Assembly (NCBI GenBank): GCA_038328705.1
Contig: JBBQMG010000004.1
Location: forward strand, 3,391-67,390
Length of the DNA stretch: 64,000 nt
DNA from: Acidimicrobiales bacterium
GTDB taxonomy: Bacteria; Actinomycetota; Acidimicrobiia; Acidimicrobiales; Ilumatobacteraceae
Direction of reading: 5' to 3'
Shown here: positions 1-11,057 of the stretch, one piece after another
Layout of the letters: every line of letters begins with the position of its first letter
Numbering within the stretch: the stretch's first letter is position 1
Program-made: the position numbers and the translations under genes
Notes under the pieces: model-generated
Databases searched by the model: none
The model's input: only the letters and a program-made list of their open reading frames with translations
Told to the model about the DNA's origin: nothing

Positions 1-1479
1 ATGTGGGCGATGTCGGACAGGGGCATTCCGCGTTCGCTGCGAATGATGGAGGGCTTCGGGGTTCACACGTTCCGATTCGTCAATGCCAAGGGCGCCTCAA
101 CCTTCGTCAAGTTCCACTGGCGACCGCGTCTCGGCATTCAGTCGACGCTGTGGGATGAAGCCGTAAAGATCGCGGGCGCCGACCCCGACTTCCATCGCCG
201 CGACCTCCACGAGGCCATCGACGCTGGCGACTTCCCCGAGTGGGATCTCGCCGTGCAGGTCTTCGACCAGACGCTGGCCGACAGCCTTCCCTACGACGTG
301 CTGGACGCCACGAAACTGATTCCAGAGGAGGTCGTGCCGCTGAAGGTGGTTGGTCGCATGGTGTTGGATCGGAACCCCGCCAACTTCTTCGCCGAAACCG
401 AGCAGGTGGCGTTCATGCCGACCAACATCGTGCCCGGCATCGAGTTCAGCAATGACCCGCTGCTGCAGGGACGGCTGTTCAGCTACCTCGACACGCAGAA
501 GTCCCGCCTGGGCACGACCAACTTTCATCTGCTGCCGATCAATGCGCCGAAGTGCCCGTTCGCCAACTTCCAGCGTGACGGCATGATGCAGATGACAGTG
601 CCTACGGGCCGCGCCAACTACGAACCTAACAGCCTCGACGTGGCTGGTGAGCCGACCGGTCCCCGTGCGCAGACCGATGGCTTCGTCACGTTCCCCGGCG
701 ACGCGGCGGAGGCCACCGGTGCCGAAGTGGGCAAGGTGCGTCAGCGCGCGAAATCCTTTGGCGATCACTACAGCCAGGCTCGGTTGTTCTTCCGCAGCCA
801 GACCGAGATCGAGCAGGCCCACCTTGCCTCGGCCTTGGTCTTCGAGCTCTCCAAGGTGACGATGGCGCACATCCGCACCCGCGTTTTGGCCAATCTTCGT
901 AATGTGGACGGCGATCTTGCGGCACGGGTCGCAGCTGGCCTGGGCGTCGCGCTGCCGGCAGCGAGTCCGGCGGCGGTGCAACCGGTCGACCTCGATCTCT
1001 CGCCTGCGCTCTCGATCGTTCTGAAGGCCAAGCACACCCTGCAGGGTCGCAAGGTGGGAATTCTCTTTGCGCAAGGTTCCACGAAAGCCGACATCGTCGA
1101 GCTGAGATCGAAGATCCACGCCGCGGGCGGCACAGCCGTGCTGATCGCGCCCCACTTGGTCGGCGTGCGCTGCAAGGGCGGCGCGCTCGACGCCGATGGA
1201 CAGCTGGCCGGCACCCCGTCTGTGACCGTCGATGCTGTTGCCGTGATGGTCACCGAGGCTGCGGCCAAGGAACTGTGCCGTGACGGCGCCGCAGTTCAGT
1301 TCGTGATGGACGCCTTCGCACACCTCAAGGCCATTGCGCACACGCCGGGTGCGGCTGCGCTCTTGGCAAAGGCGGGGGTGGCACCCGGCGACGGTGTGAT
1401 GCCGGTTGGTGCGGCCTTTCTCGATGCCGCCTGCGAGCGCTTTTACTCGCGGGAGCCATCAGTGCGGACGCTGGCCTGA
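1..1479 (+). CDS. katE: Catalase, large-subunit HPII type (C-terminal ~490 aa; the 5' end lies outside the window)
   Basis: The ORF is open from base 1. Catalase core sequence is present ([29 protein letters not shown]), followed by the extra C-terminal domain typical of HPII catalases. Confidence 0.9.
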   Translation: MWAMSDRGIPRSLRMMEGFGVHTFRFVNAKGASTFVKFHWRPRLGIQSTLWDEAVKIAGADPDFHRRDLHEAIDAGDFPEWDLAVQVFDQTLADSLPYDVLDATKLIPEEVVPLKVVGRMVLDRNPANFFAETEQVAFMPTNIVPGIEFSNDPLLQGRLFSYLDTQKSRLGTTNFHLLPINAPKCPFANFQRDGMMQMTVPTGRANYEPNSLDVAGEPTGPRAQTDGFVTFPGDAAEATGAEVGKVRQRAKSFGDHYSQARLFFRSQTEIEQAHLASALVFELSKVTMAHIRTRVLANLRNVDGDLAARVAAGLGVALPAASPAAVQPVDLDLSPALSIVLKAKHTLQGRKVGILFAQGSTKADIVELRSKIHAAGGTAVLIAPHLVGVRCKGGALDADGQLAGTPSVTVDAVAVMVTEAAAKELCRDGAAVQFVMDAFAHLKAIAHTPGAAALLAKAGVAPGDGVMPVGAAFLDAACERFYSREPSVRTLA

Positions 1480-1514
1480 CCGACCCTCCCCTGACCGACC
1501 CTCACCCCGATGGA

Positions 1515-2699
1515 CTAGTTGTCGTGAAGGTCTTTGCTGCGGTATTCGATGAGCAGCATCGTTGCGTCATCATTCAGACCCTTGCCCACGTGTGTGCCAA
1601 CAGCGGCGGACAGTCGACGGACCGTTTCCGAGCCGGGCAGCCCGTCCAGTGTGGCGCGCACAAGGTAGTCGGCCAGGCGTTCCTGCCCGAAGCGACTACC
1701 GTCGGGCGAGAGCGACTCTGAGATGCCGTCGGTGTAGAAGAGCACGCGATCCCCACGCTGCAGCGTCTCTTGCGCGATCTCCACCACCGGGCCACTCAGC
1801 CCCAGCGGCATGGAGGGCGCACACTTCAGCTCGCCGATATAGCTGCCGTCGCGCACCAGCATTGGTAGGGGGTGGCCTGCATTCACCCATGTGAGCACGC
1901 CACTGGACAGGTCGAGTGAGCCAAACTGTCCGGTCACGTAACTCGAGTTGCCGAAGTGTCGATCAATGATCTCGTCGGCCTGGCGGTAGGCACTGTCGAG
2001 CGTGCTGCGCTCACGGCGAGTGTTGCGCAAACTGTTGATCACGGCGGTCGACATCAACACCGCCGACATACCGTGGCCCATCGCGTCGATGATTGCGAGA
2101 TCGAGCCGGCCTGGATTCAATGCATAGTCGAACGAGTCGCCACCAATCTCGTAGGCCGGCTCCAGAATGCCGCTGACTGCGACCTCGGTGCTGATGGTGG
2201 CGAGCGGCGGCAGCAGATCCCACTGCGCTTCAGCCGCTGCAGAGAGCGGTTGAGCGCGACGGGTGCGCAGCCACACATCCGTGTATCGGCGGACACTGAT
2301 GATGACCAACGCCAGCAGGCCGGCGAGCAGTTTCAAGAGTTCGACGGACGTCGGGGGTGTTGCGGCGTACTCCAGCTCGATCACGCCCAACCGCTCGGCA
2401 CCGTCGACCAGCGGCAACCACCACGCGGCATTGGCAAGCACTGGCTCACCAGTGCTGAATGCCCGCCCTGCAACGGTTCCTTCCAAAACGTACATATCGC
2501 CCAACTCGCCCGACGGTCGCAGTACGCGGGCGGAGTTCAGCGCATAGTCCGCAATGTGCAGCACTACACGGTCGGCGTTGACCAGCGTGCGCACCGCCTC
2601 GACGACGCCCAAGATGTCGTCGGGCCCCAACTTGCCGCGCAACGCCAGCAGCGCCCGCGTCGCATGGCCCAGCGCCTCGTCATCGTTACGTCCGGTCAC
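1515..2699 (-). CDS. GAF-like sensor domain plus PP2C/SpoIIE-type serine phosphatase (RsbU/RsbP-like)
   Basis: The C-terminal half has SpoIIE/PP2C motifs (GGDSFDY, IDAMGHGMSA, LFYTDGI, DDATML). GTG start at 2699 is preceded by AAAGGAAG. The gene is divergent from the STAS/sigma operon. Confidence 0.8.
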   Translation of the reverse strand: MTGRNDDEALGHATRALLALRGKLGPDDILGVVEAVRTLVNADRVVLHIADYALNSARVLRPSGELGDMYVLEGTVAGRAFSTGEPVLANAAWWLPLVDGAERLGVIELEYAATPPTSVELLKLLAGLLALVIISVRRYTDVWLRTRRAQPLSAAAEAQWDLLPPLATISTEVAVSGILEPAYEIGGDSFDYALNPGRLDLAIIDAMGHGMSAVLMSTAVINSLRNTRRERSTLDSAYRQADEIIDRHFGNSSYVTGQFGSLDLSSGVLTWVNAGHPLPMLVRDGSYIGELKCAPSMPLGLSGPVVEIAQETLQRGDRVLFYTDGISESLSPDGSRFGQERLADYLVRATLDGLPGSETVRRLSAAVGTHVGKGLNDDATMLLIEYRSKDLHDN

Positions 2700-2762
2700 G
2701 TACTTCCTTTCGTCGTTCAGGAGCCTATGGTTTCAGCAGCGTGTGGTCGTCGAGAAGTTCGT

Positions 2763-2788
2763 GGTTTACGTTCGGCGAACCTGGGGTA
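2763..2788 (+). promoter_or_regulatory. SigB/SigF-type promoter candidate (GGTTT-N16-GGGTAC) upstream of the STAS/anti-sigma/sigma operon
   Basis: GGTTT at 2763-2767, 16-nt spacer, GGGTA at 2784-2788. It lies 44 nt upstream of the STAS start codon. It matches the published actinobacterial SigF/SigB consensus GTTT-N15-17-GGGTA. Confidence 0.5.
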
Positions 2789-2831
2789 CACCGACCCCAC
2801 GCGCCTTGCTCGCACCAACCGGAGGCTCTCA

Positions 2832-3164
2832 ATGGACTCGAACAGAAATCTTTTGACCGCGACAGTGGCCGAGGACGGCACAATCACCGTGGCCGGCGAC
2901 ATCGACATGGCAGGCGGTCCGATCCTGGAAGAGGTCATGCTGCAGCGAGAGGAGCAGCTCGGCGTCAGCAGGGATCTCGTCGTTGACGTCGAGGACGTAG
3001 AATTCATCGATTCGTCGGGGTTGCGCAGCCTGCTGGCGGCCGCCCGTCGGGCTGTCGCCCGCAGCGCCAGGCTCGAGCTGCGAGCGGTTGGGCCCGAAGT
3101 CATTCGCCTCTTCGAAATCACGGGCACGCTCGACCAATTCAGTATCGTGAGTCTTCGTGACTGA
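2832..3164 (+). CDS. STAS-domain anti-sigma-factor antagonist (RsbV/SpoIIAA-like)
   Basis: 110 aa. The phosphorylatable-serine motif FIDSSGLRSL is conserved. GGAGG lies at 2821-2825. The longer 1956 start in the ORF track is a spurious extension antisense to the phosphatase gene. Confidence 0.85.
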   Translation: MDSNRNLLTATVAEDGTITVAGDIDMAGGPILEEVMLQREEQLGVSRDLVVDVEDVEFIDSSGLRSLLAAARRAVARSARLELRAVGPEVIRLFEITGTLDQFSIVSLRD

Positions 3165-3546
3165 AGCGCTGACCTCCATCGGCCCGGTACGTGTGGAACT
3201 GCCACCAGCGTCGATGATGTCGCGCGTTGCCCGACTCACGGCCACGGGTGTGGCCTCGATGGCCGGTTTCACCATTGACGAGATCGACGACATCAACGTC
3301 ATTGTCAGTGAGGTGATGGTGGCGTTGGTGGAGCATGGGGCGCACGACACCATCGCGGTGACCTTCGACGTGACGAATGGGTGCTTCACTGTCCGCGGCG
3401 CCACCGAAATGGCTGACTTCGACCTCGATCACCCGGACCTAGCGCTGTGCCGAACCGTACTTGCGGCTGTGAGCACCCACCACGGCATCGAGCGAGACGG
3501 CACGCGAGCGGAGATATGGGCGACGCTGCAGCAGTCGCACACGTGA
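3157..3546 (+). CDS. Anti-sigma factor, RsbW/UsfX-like with a degenerate ATP-binding site
   Basis: 129 aa. It overlaps the STAS stop by 8 nt and the sigma start. It resembles the HATPase fold, but the N-box Asn is missing (SEVMVALVEHG) and there is no GRGLG. Confidence 0.6.
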   Translation: MTEALTSIGPVRVELPPASMMSRVARLTATGVASMAGFTIDEIDDINVIVSEVMVALVEHGAHDTIAVTFDVTNGCFTVRGATEMADFDLDHPDLALCRTVLAAVSTHHGIERDGTRAEIWATLQQSHT

Positions 3547-4301
3547 CGCCGGTTCAACCTCCGGACGAGACAGACGCTGCGCTGGTTGCTGACGCGCTCG
3601 CGACCTTTGCCGTCACCCGCGACCCTGTCTTGCGGGCCGAGATCGTCGAGCGGTCGTTGTGGCTGGCACATCGTTCGGCGCGCCGGTTCGCCGAACGCGG
3701 TGAGCCGTTCGACGACATCTTCCAGGTGGCCAGTGTTGCGCTGATGCATGCAGTCGACCGCTTTCAGCCGTCGCTGGGAGTTCCCTTCGGGGCATACGCG
3801 ACCCCCACAATCGTTGGCGAGATCAAACGGCACTTTCGCGATCGAACGTGGCGGCTGCACGTGCCGCGGCGAGCGAAAGATCTACGCCCAGCCGTCAACG
3901 CTGTGACCGACGAATTGACCAGGACGCTCGGGCGCTCGCCTACCGCTCGCGAAGTCGCGGCACAGCTGAACATCGACGAGGACTTGGTCCTGCAAGTGGT
4001 CGAAGCCAACAGCGCTTATCGAACCGCACAGCTCGACAACGTCACCGAGCGACAGGCCCGTGCCAGCGAGGCCGACTCAGAGGTCGACGCGGTACTGGAT
4101 CGTGAACTGGTCAGTCAGGCCCTCGTGCACCTGCGCCCTCGCGAGCGGGAAATCATTCAGCTGCGCTTCTTCGAGGAGCTGACGCAAGCGCAGATCGCCG
4201 AGCGCATCGGCACAAGTCAGGTGCACGTTGGCCGACTGATTGCCAGCAGTTTGACGTTGCTGCGCGCACATCTCAGCGCCGGGACAGCGGAGGTGAGCTG
4301 A
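3516..4301 (+). CDS. Group 3 sigma-70 factor of the SigB/SigF/SigG type
   Basis: Region 2 (FDDIFQVASVALMHAVDRF, YATPTIVGEIKRHFRD), region 3, and region 4 HTH (LTQAQIAERIGTSQVHVGRL) are present. I chose the ATG at 3516 (MGDAAAV); the 3447 start gives an Arg-rich extension. Confidence 0.9.
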   Translation: MGDAAAVAHVTPVQPPDETDAALVADALATFAVTRDPVLRAEIVERSLWLAHRSARRFAERGEPFDDIFQVASVALMHAVDRFQPSLGVPFGAYATPTIVGEIKRHFRDRTWRLHVPRRAKDLRPAVNAVTDELTRTLGRSPTAREVAAQLNIDEDLVLQVVEANSAYRTAQLDNVTERQARASEADSEVDAVLDRELVSQALVHLRPREREIIQLRFFEELTQAQIAERIGTSQVHVGRLIASSLTLLRAHLSAGTAEVS

Positions 4302-4383
4302 TGACGTGTCTCAGCGATCGGCTCGAGGGGTACACCCGCCACATGACTGACGTGGGTGGCTGCGAAGGTGCGGCCCGCCTCGA

Positions 4384-4806
4384 ATGCGTGCGACCACGAT
4401 GAACGCTCCGGTTGACCTGCTGCTGCGGTCCTATCCCTCGACGCCCCCCACCGCGCGAGCTGCGAGAAACTTCGTCGTTGCTCAACTGCGCCGCGCGGCC
4501 GCGAGCGAAGACGCCGTTGCTGACTTCGAACTGATTGTCAGCGAACTGGTCACCAACTCGGTGCAGTACGGCAACGGCGCAGAGATTGTGGTCGGGGTAG
4601 ACGCTGTGACGGGCGATTGGTACACGGTCTCCATTTCCAGCGGGGTCGATGGGGCATTACCGCCGCTCGACCCAACCTCGTGGACGGTGGCTGATGCTGA
4701 GATGCGGTCTGGGCGGGGATTGGGCATTGTCCACTCCCTTGCTGACGACATTTCAGTGGCCGTCAACGACGGCCGGCTGGTCATCGTCTGCCGCCGCCGC
4801 CGCTAG
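4384..4806 (+). CDS. HATPase_c-type anti-sigma regulatory factor / serine protein kinase (RsbW/SpoIIAB-like)
   Basis: 140 aa. N-box SELVTNSVQYG and G-box SGRGLGIV are intact. Confidence 0.65.
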   Translation: MRATTMNAPVDLLLRSYPSTPPTARAARNFVVAQLRRAAASEDAVADFELIVSELVTNSVQYGNGAEIVVGVDAVTGDWYTVSISSGVDGALPPLDPTSWTVADAEMRSGRGLGIVHSLADDISVAVNDGRLVIVCRRRR

Positions 4807-4824
4807 GAATGTCTCCGGTAACGC

Positions 4825-4860
4825 GAATCAGCCGGCGTCCGAAAGGTCGCCGGCTGATTC
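4825..4860. terminator. Bidirectional stem-loop terminator between convergent genes
   Basis: Perfect 13-bp stem GAATCAGCCGGCG (4825-4837) / CGCCGGCTGATTC (4848-4860) with a 10-nt loop. Confidence 0.6.
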
Positions 4861-4881
4861 ACGTGCAGGGCACGAAGCAGG

Positions 4882-5421
4882 TCAGTGCTTGTTGACCCGG
4901 TCCTTGACGGCATCGATGCCGTCTTCGATCTTGTCGCGAACCTTGTCCAGGCCGTCCTTGGCACTTGCGGCGGCCCTGTCGTTCTTGCCTTCGCGCTTGA
5001 GATCGTCGTTGTCCGTGAGGGCACCGGCGGCTTCCTTGATGCGACCCTTGACTTCGTCTGGCTGAGCTGATGCCATGGTTCCGTTCCTTTCGGGTGTCAT
5101 TGCTGACGATGGCGGGGGGTTGCCATCGCTGCCTTCCAGTACCCCGCCCTTTTGGCGGTCAAACATCTTTCGCTGCACCAGAACCGCAAGCACAGCGACG
5201 GCACCGATACCGCCCATCACCAACAAGGCGCGACCGGCGTTGGAGCCCGACCTGCCGCCGCGAGCGGCGCGCGCCATTCGACGGGCGCGGCCAGAGGTGG
5301 TGGCGGCGGCCGCGCTGACCGCGTGCGAGACCTCCTGCAGCAGGTGGCTGGCGGCTTCCACTCCGCTTGCCGTAGCGGTACCCATCGTGTCCACGAGATG
5401 CGTGGGAACTGCGAGTGTCAT
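4882..5421 (-). CDS. Membrane-anchored protein ending in a CsbD-family stress domain; a nested 64-aa CsbD product (4882-5076) is possible
   Basis: ATG at 5421 follows AGGAGA. One TM segment is present (ALLVMGGIGAVAVLAVLV). The last 64 aa (MASAQPDEVKGRIKEAAGALTDNDDLKREGK...) form a complete CsbD domain with its own ATG at 5076 and an AGGAA Shine-Dalgarno. Confidence 0.6.
   Translation of the reverse strand: MTLAVPTHLVDTMGTATASGVEAASHLLQEVSHAVSAAAATTSGRARRMARAARGGRSGSNAGRALLVMGGIGAVAVLAVLVQRKMFDRQKGGVLEGSDGNPPPSSAMTPERNGTMASAQPDEVKGRIKEAAGALTDNDDLKREGKNDRAAASAKDGLDKVRDKIEDGIDAVKDRVNKH
5140..5165 (-). promoter_or_regulatory. SigB/SigF-type promoter candidate (TGTTT-N16-GGGTAC) inside the long ORF, upstream of the CsbD domain start
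   Basis: Minus strand reads TGTTT (5165-5161), 16-nt spacer, GGGTA (5144-5140). It lies about 63 nt upstream of the internal ATG at 5076. Confidence 0.45.
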
Positions 5422-5534
5422 GGTCTCTTCTCCTGCGTTGGTGAGTAGTCACACACCGAGCTCAGCTGAGCGCGGCGGCACCTTGCCCGTACCCCTCCTC
5501 GCCCGATCCGAAACGCCGTTCCGTTCGTTCAGCG

Positions 5535-7826
<2,292 letters not shown>

Positions 7827-7837
7827 GCGTGGGCTGT

Positions 7838-7863
7838 TACCCAGCCACCAACCTTTCGAAACC
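7838..7863 (-). promoter_or_regulatory. SigB/SigF-type promoter candidate (GGTTT-N16-GGGTAA) for the YdeP-like gene
   Basis: Minus strand reads GGTTT (7863-7859), 16-nt spacer, GGGTA (7842-7838). The -10 element ends about 11 nt before the ATG at 7826, implying a very short or absent leader. Confidence 0.5.
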
Positions 7864-7876
7864 AGCTGTCCAGCTT

Positions 7877-7902
7877 GGTTTCGAGGGCTGGCTGGTGGGG
7901 TA
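7877..7902 (+). promoter_or_regulatory. SigB/SigF-type promoter candidate (GGTTT-N16-GGGTAA) for the EEP-family gene
   Basis: GGTTT at 7877-7881, 16-nt spacer, GGGTA at 7898-7902. GTG at 7910 and ATG at 7913 follow within 7-10 nt, suggesting a leaderless transcript. Confidence 0.5.
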
Positions 7903-7909
7903 ACAGTTC

Positions 7910-9043
7910 GTGATGCCCGCGCGACAGTCTCCACCCCCCAGCGGAATACCGGGTTATGTGGCTGCTCTGTTGGCTGGGGCGCTGGTGGTGGCGTTACCGC
8001 TCGTCGCTCAGCGGGTTGATGGCTCGGCTGACGAGTTCAGTGACCAGCATTTCGCTTTCCTGCCAGCTGCCGGCTGGGCGGTGTGCGCGGCGCTGGCCGC
8101 AGTGATTTGCACCCGCCACCTGCAAATCGCCATGCGGAGAAGTGTGCAGGTTGGCTCAGGTTTGGCGCTCGCGTACGACGCACTGCCGGTGTTGCTGCTG
8201 ATCCCGTGGTTGGTCGCAGCGCTCGCCGCATGGAGCGGGCATCTGCTGTTGATGACGGGCGCGGGGTTGCTGTGCTTGTACCACATCATCCTGCTCGTCC
8301 CTCGTTTGACCACTGCTCCGACGCCTAGCTGGGTGCCAGGTGCGCCAGTGGTCAGCCTTGTCGTGGCGAACGTGTTCGTCGACAATCAGACACCTGCGGA
8401 AGCGGCGCAGCAACTGGTGGGTACGGGGGGTGATGTCGTGGTGATCGTGGAGAGCACGGCGGACTTCATGGCGATCTTCGACGCACAGGGTGGCGCCGAT
8501 GTCTACCCGAATCGTGTCGTCGACCCCGACGACACGAGCGACTATGCAGTTGCGATCGTGACCAACCGGGAACTGGGACCGCGCTCGCGGTTCCTCGCCG
8601 TTGGACCCCTGAGAGTCGTGGTGGCGGAGATCGCAATGGACGGCACCAGCCTGATCATCGTGGCTCTCAACCCGATGGCCACTTTGGATTCGGGGGGCCA
8701 CGAAACCTGGAAGGAGCAGCTGCAGGCGTTGGAAGAGTTTCTGCCCACCCTGGACGGTCCAGTCGTCATCGCTGGCGATCTGAACAGCACCCGCTATCGA
8801 CCAGAGTTCGAGCAGGTCATGGCGCTTGGGTACACCGATGCCATTGACGCTCTTGGCAAAGGGCTGAGTGCGTCGTTCAAGATCGCGGCACGAAGCGGAC
8901 TGGGTGGAGTCGTGCGCTTGGATCACGCACTGACCAACGCGGATGTTCACGGTGTGTCGGTGACGAACCTGGAGGCATGCGGTAGCGACCACATCCCCTT
9001 CCAAGTCGAACTGGCCGTCCGCGTCAACCCACGATCCGCTTGA
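7910..9043 (+). CDS. Membrane-anchored endonuclease/exonuclease/phosphatase (EEP) family protein
   Basis: The N-terminal ~140 aa are hydrophobic. The C-terminal EEP motifs are present (VVIAGDLNSTRY, LDHALT, GSDHIPF). Confidence 0.75.
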   Translation: MMPARQSPPPSGIPGYVAALLAGALVVALPLVAQRVDGSADEFSDQHFAFLPAAGWAVCAALAAVICTRHLQIAMRRSVQVGSGLALAYDALPVLLLIPWLVAALAAWSGHLLLMTGAGLLCLYHIILLVPRLTTAPTPSWVPGAPVVSLVVANVFVDNQTPAEAAQQLVGTGGDVVVIVESTADFMAIFDAQGGADVYPNRVVDPDDTSDYAVAIVTNRELGPRSRFLAVGPLRVVVAEIAMDGTSLIIVALNPMATLDSGGHETWKEQLQALEEFLPTLDGPVVIAGDLNSTRYRPEFEQVMALGYTDAIDALGKGLSASFKIAARSGLGGVVRLDHALTNADVHGVSVTNLEACGSDHIPFQVELAVRVNPRSA

Positions 9044-9091
9044 GACGCCGACGCTAGAGACGCCCACGAGCGACGCGAGCGAGCCAGAAAT

Positions 9092-9123
9092 GGGGCGGCG
9101 CTGCGGGCACAGTGCGCCGCCCC
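9092..9123 (+). terminator. Stem-loop terminator after the EEP gene
   Basis: Perfect 10-bp GC stem GGGGCGGCGC (9092-9101) / GCGCCGCCCC (9114-9123) with a 12-nt loop. Confidence 0.55.
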
Positions 9124-9228
9124 AAATCCTGTTTGCAACATGCGGGAGGCACGTCTGGGAGAACACTTCCCCACACGGGCGGAACGTACACATCAATTGT
9201 CTGCCTTTGTCGAGGTCAGCCGAAATCC

Positions 9229-9254
9229 GTTTGAGCGATCACGGATGAGGGAAT
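9229..9254 (+). promoter_or_regulatory. Weaker SigB-type promoter candidate (GTTT-N16-GGGAAT) upstream of the lipid kinase gene
   Basis: GTTT at 9229-9232, 16-nt spacer, GGGAAT at 9249-9254. It fits the GGGWAW form of the -10 element and lies 57 nt upstream of the ATG at 9311. Confidence 0.3.
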
Positions 9255-9310
9255 AGGCGCACGATGCGACGGGCGTTCGCACTCTGCCGACTGGGAAGAG
9301 GAGCAATTTG

Positions 9311-10195
9311 ATGACAGACGTGGTCGTGGTAGCCAACACCGAGAAGATCCCGAAGAAGGAGGTGCGCGAGCTCGAAGAGTCGCTGGCCGCCGCGGGCTTC
9401 GCCAAGGTGAAGATCGTTGTGGTGGAGCATGGAAGCGACGCCAAGGCTGCGGCTGCTAAAGCCGTGAAACACGGTGTCGACACCGTTGTCGTATGCGGCG
9501 GCGACGGAACCGTGCGTGCCGCGGCCGAGGCACTTGTGGGTACCCGCGCCGCCTTGGCCGTCGTCCCGCGCGGTACGGCGAATTTGTTCGCGTCAGGGCT
9601 TGGTCTGCCCAACGAAATCGATGACGTGGTGGGGCTGATCGTCCGCCACGAACGACGCACGATCGACACAGCAACGTGCAACGGCGACACCTTCTGCGTA
9701 ATGGCTGGCGTGGGGTTCGACGTTCGCATGCTGGACGGTGCGGAGGACGGCAAGGAGCGAATAGGAACCCTCGCCTACGTTGCCTCGGGAGTGCGCGCTG
9801 CGCGTCATCGGACTCTGTTCGCCGCGACGGTCAAGGTCGACGGGGAAGAGTTCTTCCAAGGCGAAGCCAGCTGTGTGCTCGTCGGCAACGCCGGCCGGCT
9901 GAAGGCAGGTATCGAAGCCTTCCCCGGCGCCTCAACGACAGATGGAGTGGTGCATGTCGCGATCGTGACCGCCACCGGGCTTCGCCAATGGGGCGGAATC
10001 TTGGCCGCGGCAGTCGTGCGTCAGCCGGAGTGGTCCCGCAATGCTCTCGTGAGCGAAGGCACAGCGATCACAGTGGAGTTCACGAAGAAGCGTCACTTCG
10101 AGCTGGACGGCGGTGTGAAGACACGTGCCAAGCGCCTCGAGTTCAAGGTCCATCCGCTTTCGCTGCACGTTGTTGCACCTGCGGAAGAGGCGTAG
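9311..10195 (+). CDS. Diacylglycerol kinase catalytic-domain family lipid kinase
   Basis: GGDGT motif (VVVCGGDGTVRAAAEAL) and PRGTANLFA are present. GAGGAG lies 8 nt upstream of the ATG at 9311. Confidence 0.85.
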   Translation: MTDVVVVANTEKIPKKEVRELEESLAAAGFAKVKIVVVEHGSDAKAAAAKAVKHGVDTVVVCGGDGTVRAAAEALVGTRAALAVVPRGTANLFASGLGLPNEIDDVVGLIVRHERRTIDTATCNGDTFCVMAGVGFDVRMLDGAEDGKERIGTLAYVASGVRAARHRTLFAATVKVDGEEFFQGEASCVLVGNAGRLKAGIEAFPGASTTDGVVHVAIVTATGLRQWGGILAAAVVRQPEWSRNALVSEGTAITVEFTKKRHFELDGGVKTRAKRLEFKVHPLSLHVVAPAEEA

Positions 10196-11057
10196 CCGGC
10201 AGGACATGACCCTGAGGGTGTTCGCTCAGGGGGTCACCCAAACGCTGTGCACGGCCACCGAACGCGATTGCGACAGTCGTGAACCAACCCCAACCAATTG
10301 CCAGACCAGCGAGCACGTCGGTCAGCCAGTGAACGCCCAGCAGGGCGCGGCTGGCCGCAACGGAGACTGCAATCAGCGCCGCGCCGCCAGCAAGCGCTGC
10401 TCGCGTACGACGGCTCCGATCTCTTCCCAGCACCAACGCGATGGCGGAGAACGACGCGGAGGCGGCGACTGTGTGACCTGATGGAAATGAGTATCCGTGG
10501 GCGGCAACCAACCGCAGTACTGACGGCCGCTCACGCTGGACGAGTGCCTTCAACGCGTTGCTGAGAGCGAGCTGACCAAGGCCGACCGTTGCCAGAAAGG
10601 CAAACACCTCGCGGCTGCGCCGACGGAGATAGTCCGCAGCCGCAACCGTCGCGAGCGCAGCGATCACGAACACTGAGCTGCCCAATTGGGTTGTCCACCG
10701 CAGCACGACAATTGCGCTCGAACTGCTGTGATGCGAACCCCACTCGGCGACCCACCCGTCCGCATGCGCGAGCCAGTTGTTGTTGTCGATCAGGCTCAGC
10801 AGCGCACCGACGATGAGCGCAACCACGAACAGCACCAGGAAGCTGGCCGTGAGCAGAAAGCCGCCGGCCGTCTTGCGGTCCATACGTTGGCGCAGAAAGC
10901 GGGCCACCTTGGGGCGTCCGATAATTCCCCGGCGCACCGCCCGCTCTTTGGCGGCGGTGTCCACTGGATCGGCCTGCACTCGTCGCGAAACTGACAAGCC
11001 GAAGGCCAGCAGCGCCGCGGTCATGCCGCAGAGAAACACCACCAGCGTCAGGTTCAT
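10143..11057 (-). CDS. PAP2-family phosphatase (membrane)
   Basis: All three PAP2 motifs are present: KALVQRERP, FPSGH, SRALLGVHWLTD. The protein has multiple TM segments. The start overlaps the stop of the upstream PAP2 gene. Confidence 0.85.
   Translation of the reverse strand: MNLTLVVFLCGMTAALLAFGLSVSRRVQADPVDTAAKERAVRRGIIGRPKVARFLRQRMDRKTAGGFLLTASFLVLFVVALIVGALLSLIDNNNWLAHADGWVAEWGSHHSSSSAIVVLRWTTQLGSSVFVIAALATVAAADYLRRRSREVFAFLATVGLGQLALSNALKALVQRERPSVLRLVAAHGYSFPSGHTVAASASFSAIALVLGRDRSRRTRAALAGGAALIAVSVAASRALLGVHWLTDVLAGLAIGWGWFTTVAIAFGGRAQRLGDPLSEHPQGHVLPATPLPQVQQRAAKADGP

Noticed and set aside
97-1341. 414-aa ORF antisense to the catalase gene. Similar long antisense or alternate-frame ORFs occur elsewhere, for example 20314-22560 (748 aa), 25570-26784, 37623-39110, 49319-50854 and 59171-61769.
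   Set aside because: These are Arg/His/Gly/Pro-rich shadow ORFs of the kind that arise from scarce stop codons in high-GC DNA. In every case the opposite strand or another frame encodes a protein with clear family motifs.
4307-4332. A third GGGTAC -10-like element (4328-4333) upstream of the second anti-sigma/kinase gene.
   Set aside because: The corresponding -35 region reads TGTCT or GTGTC, at best 3 of 5 matches to GGTTT. That is too weak to call without TSS data.
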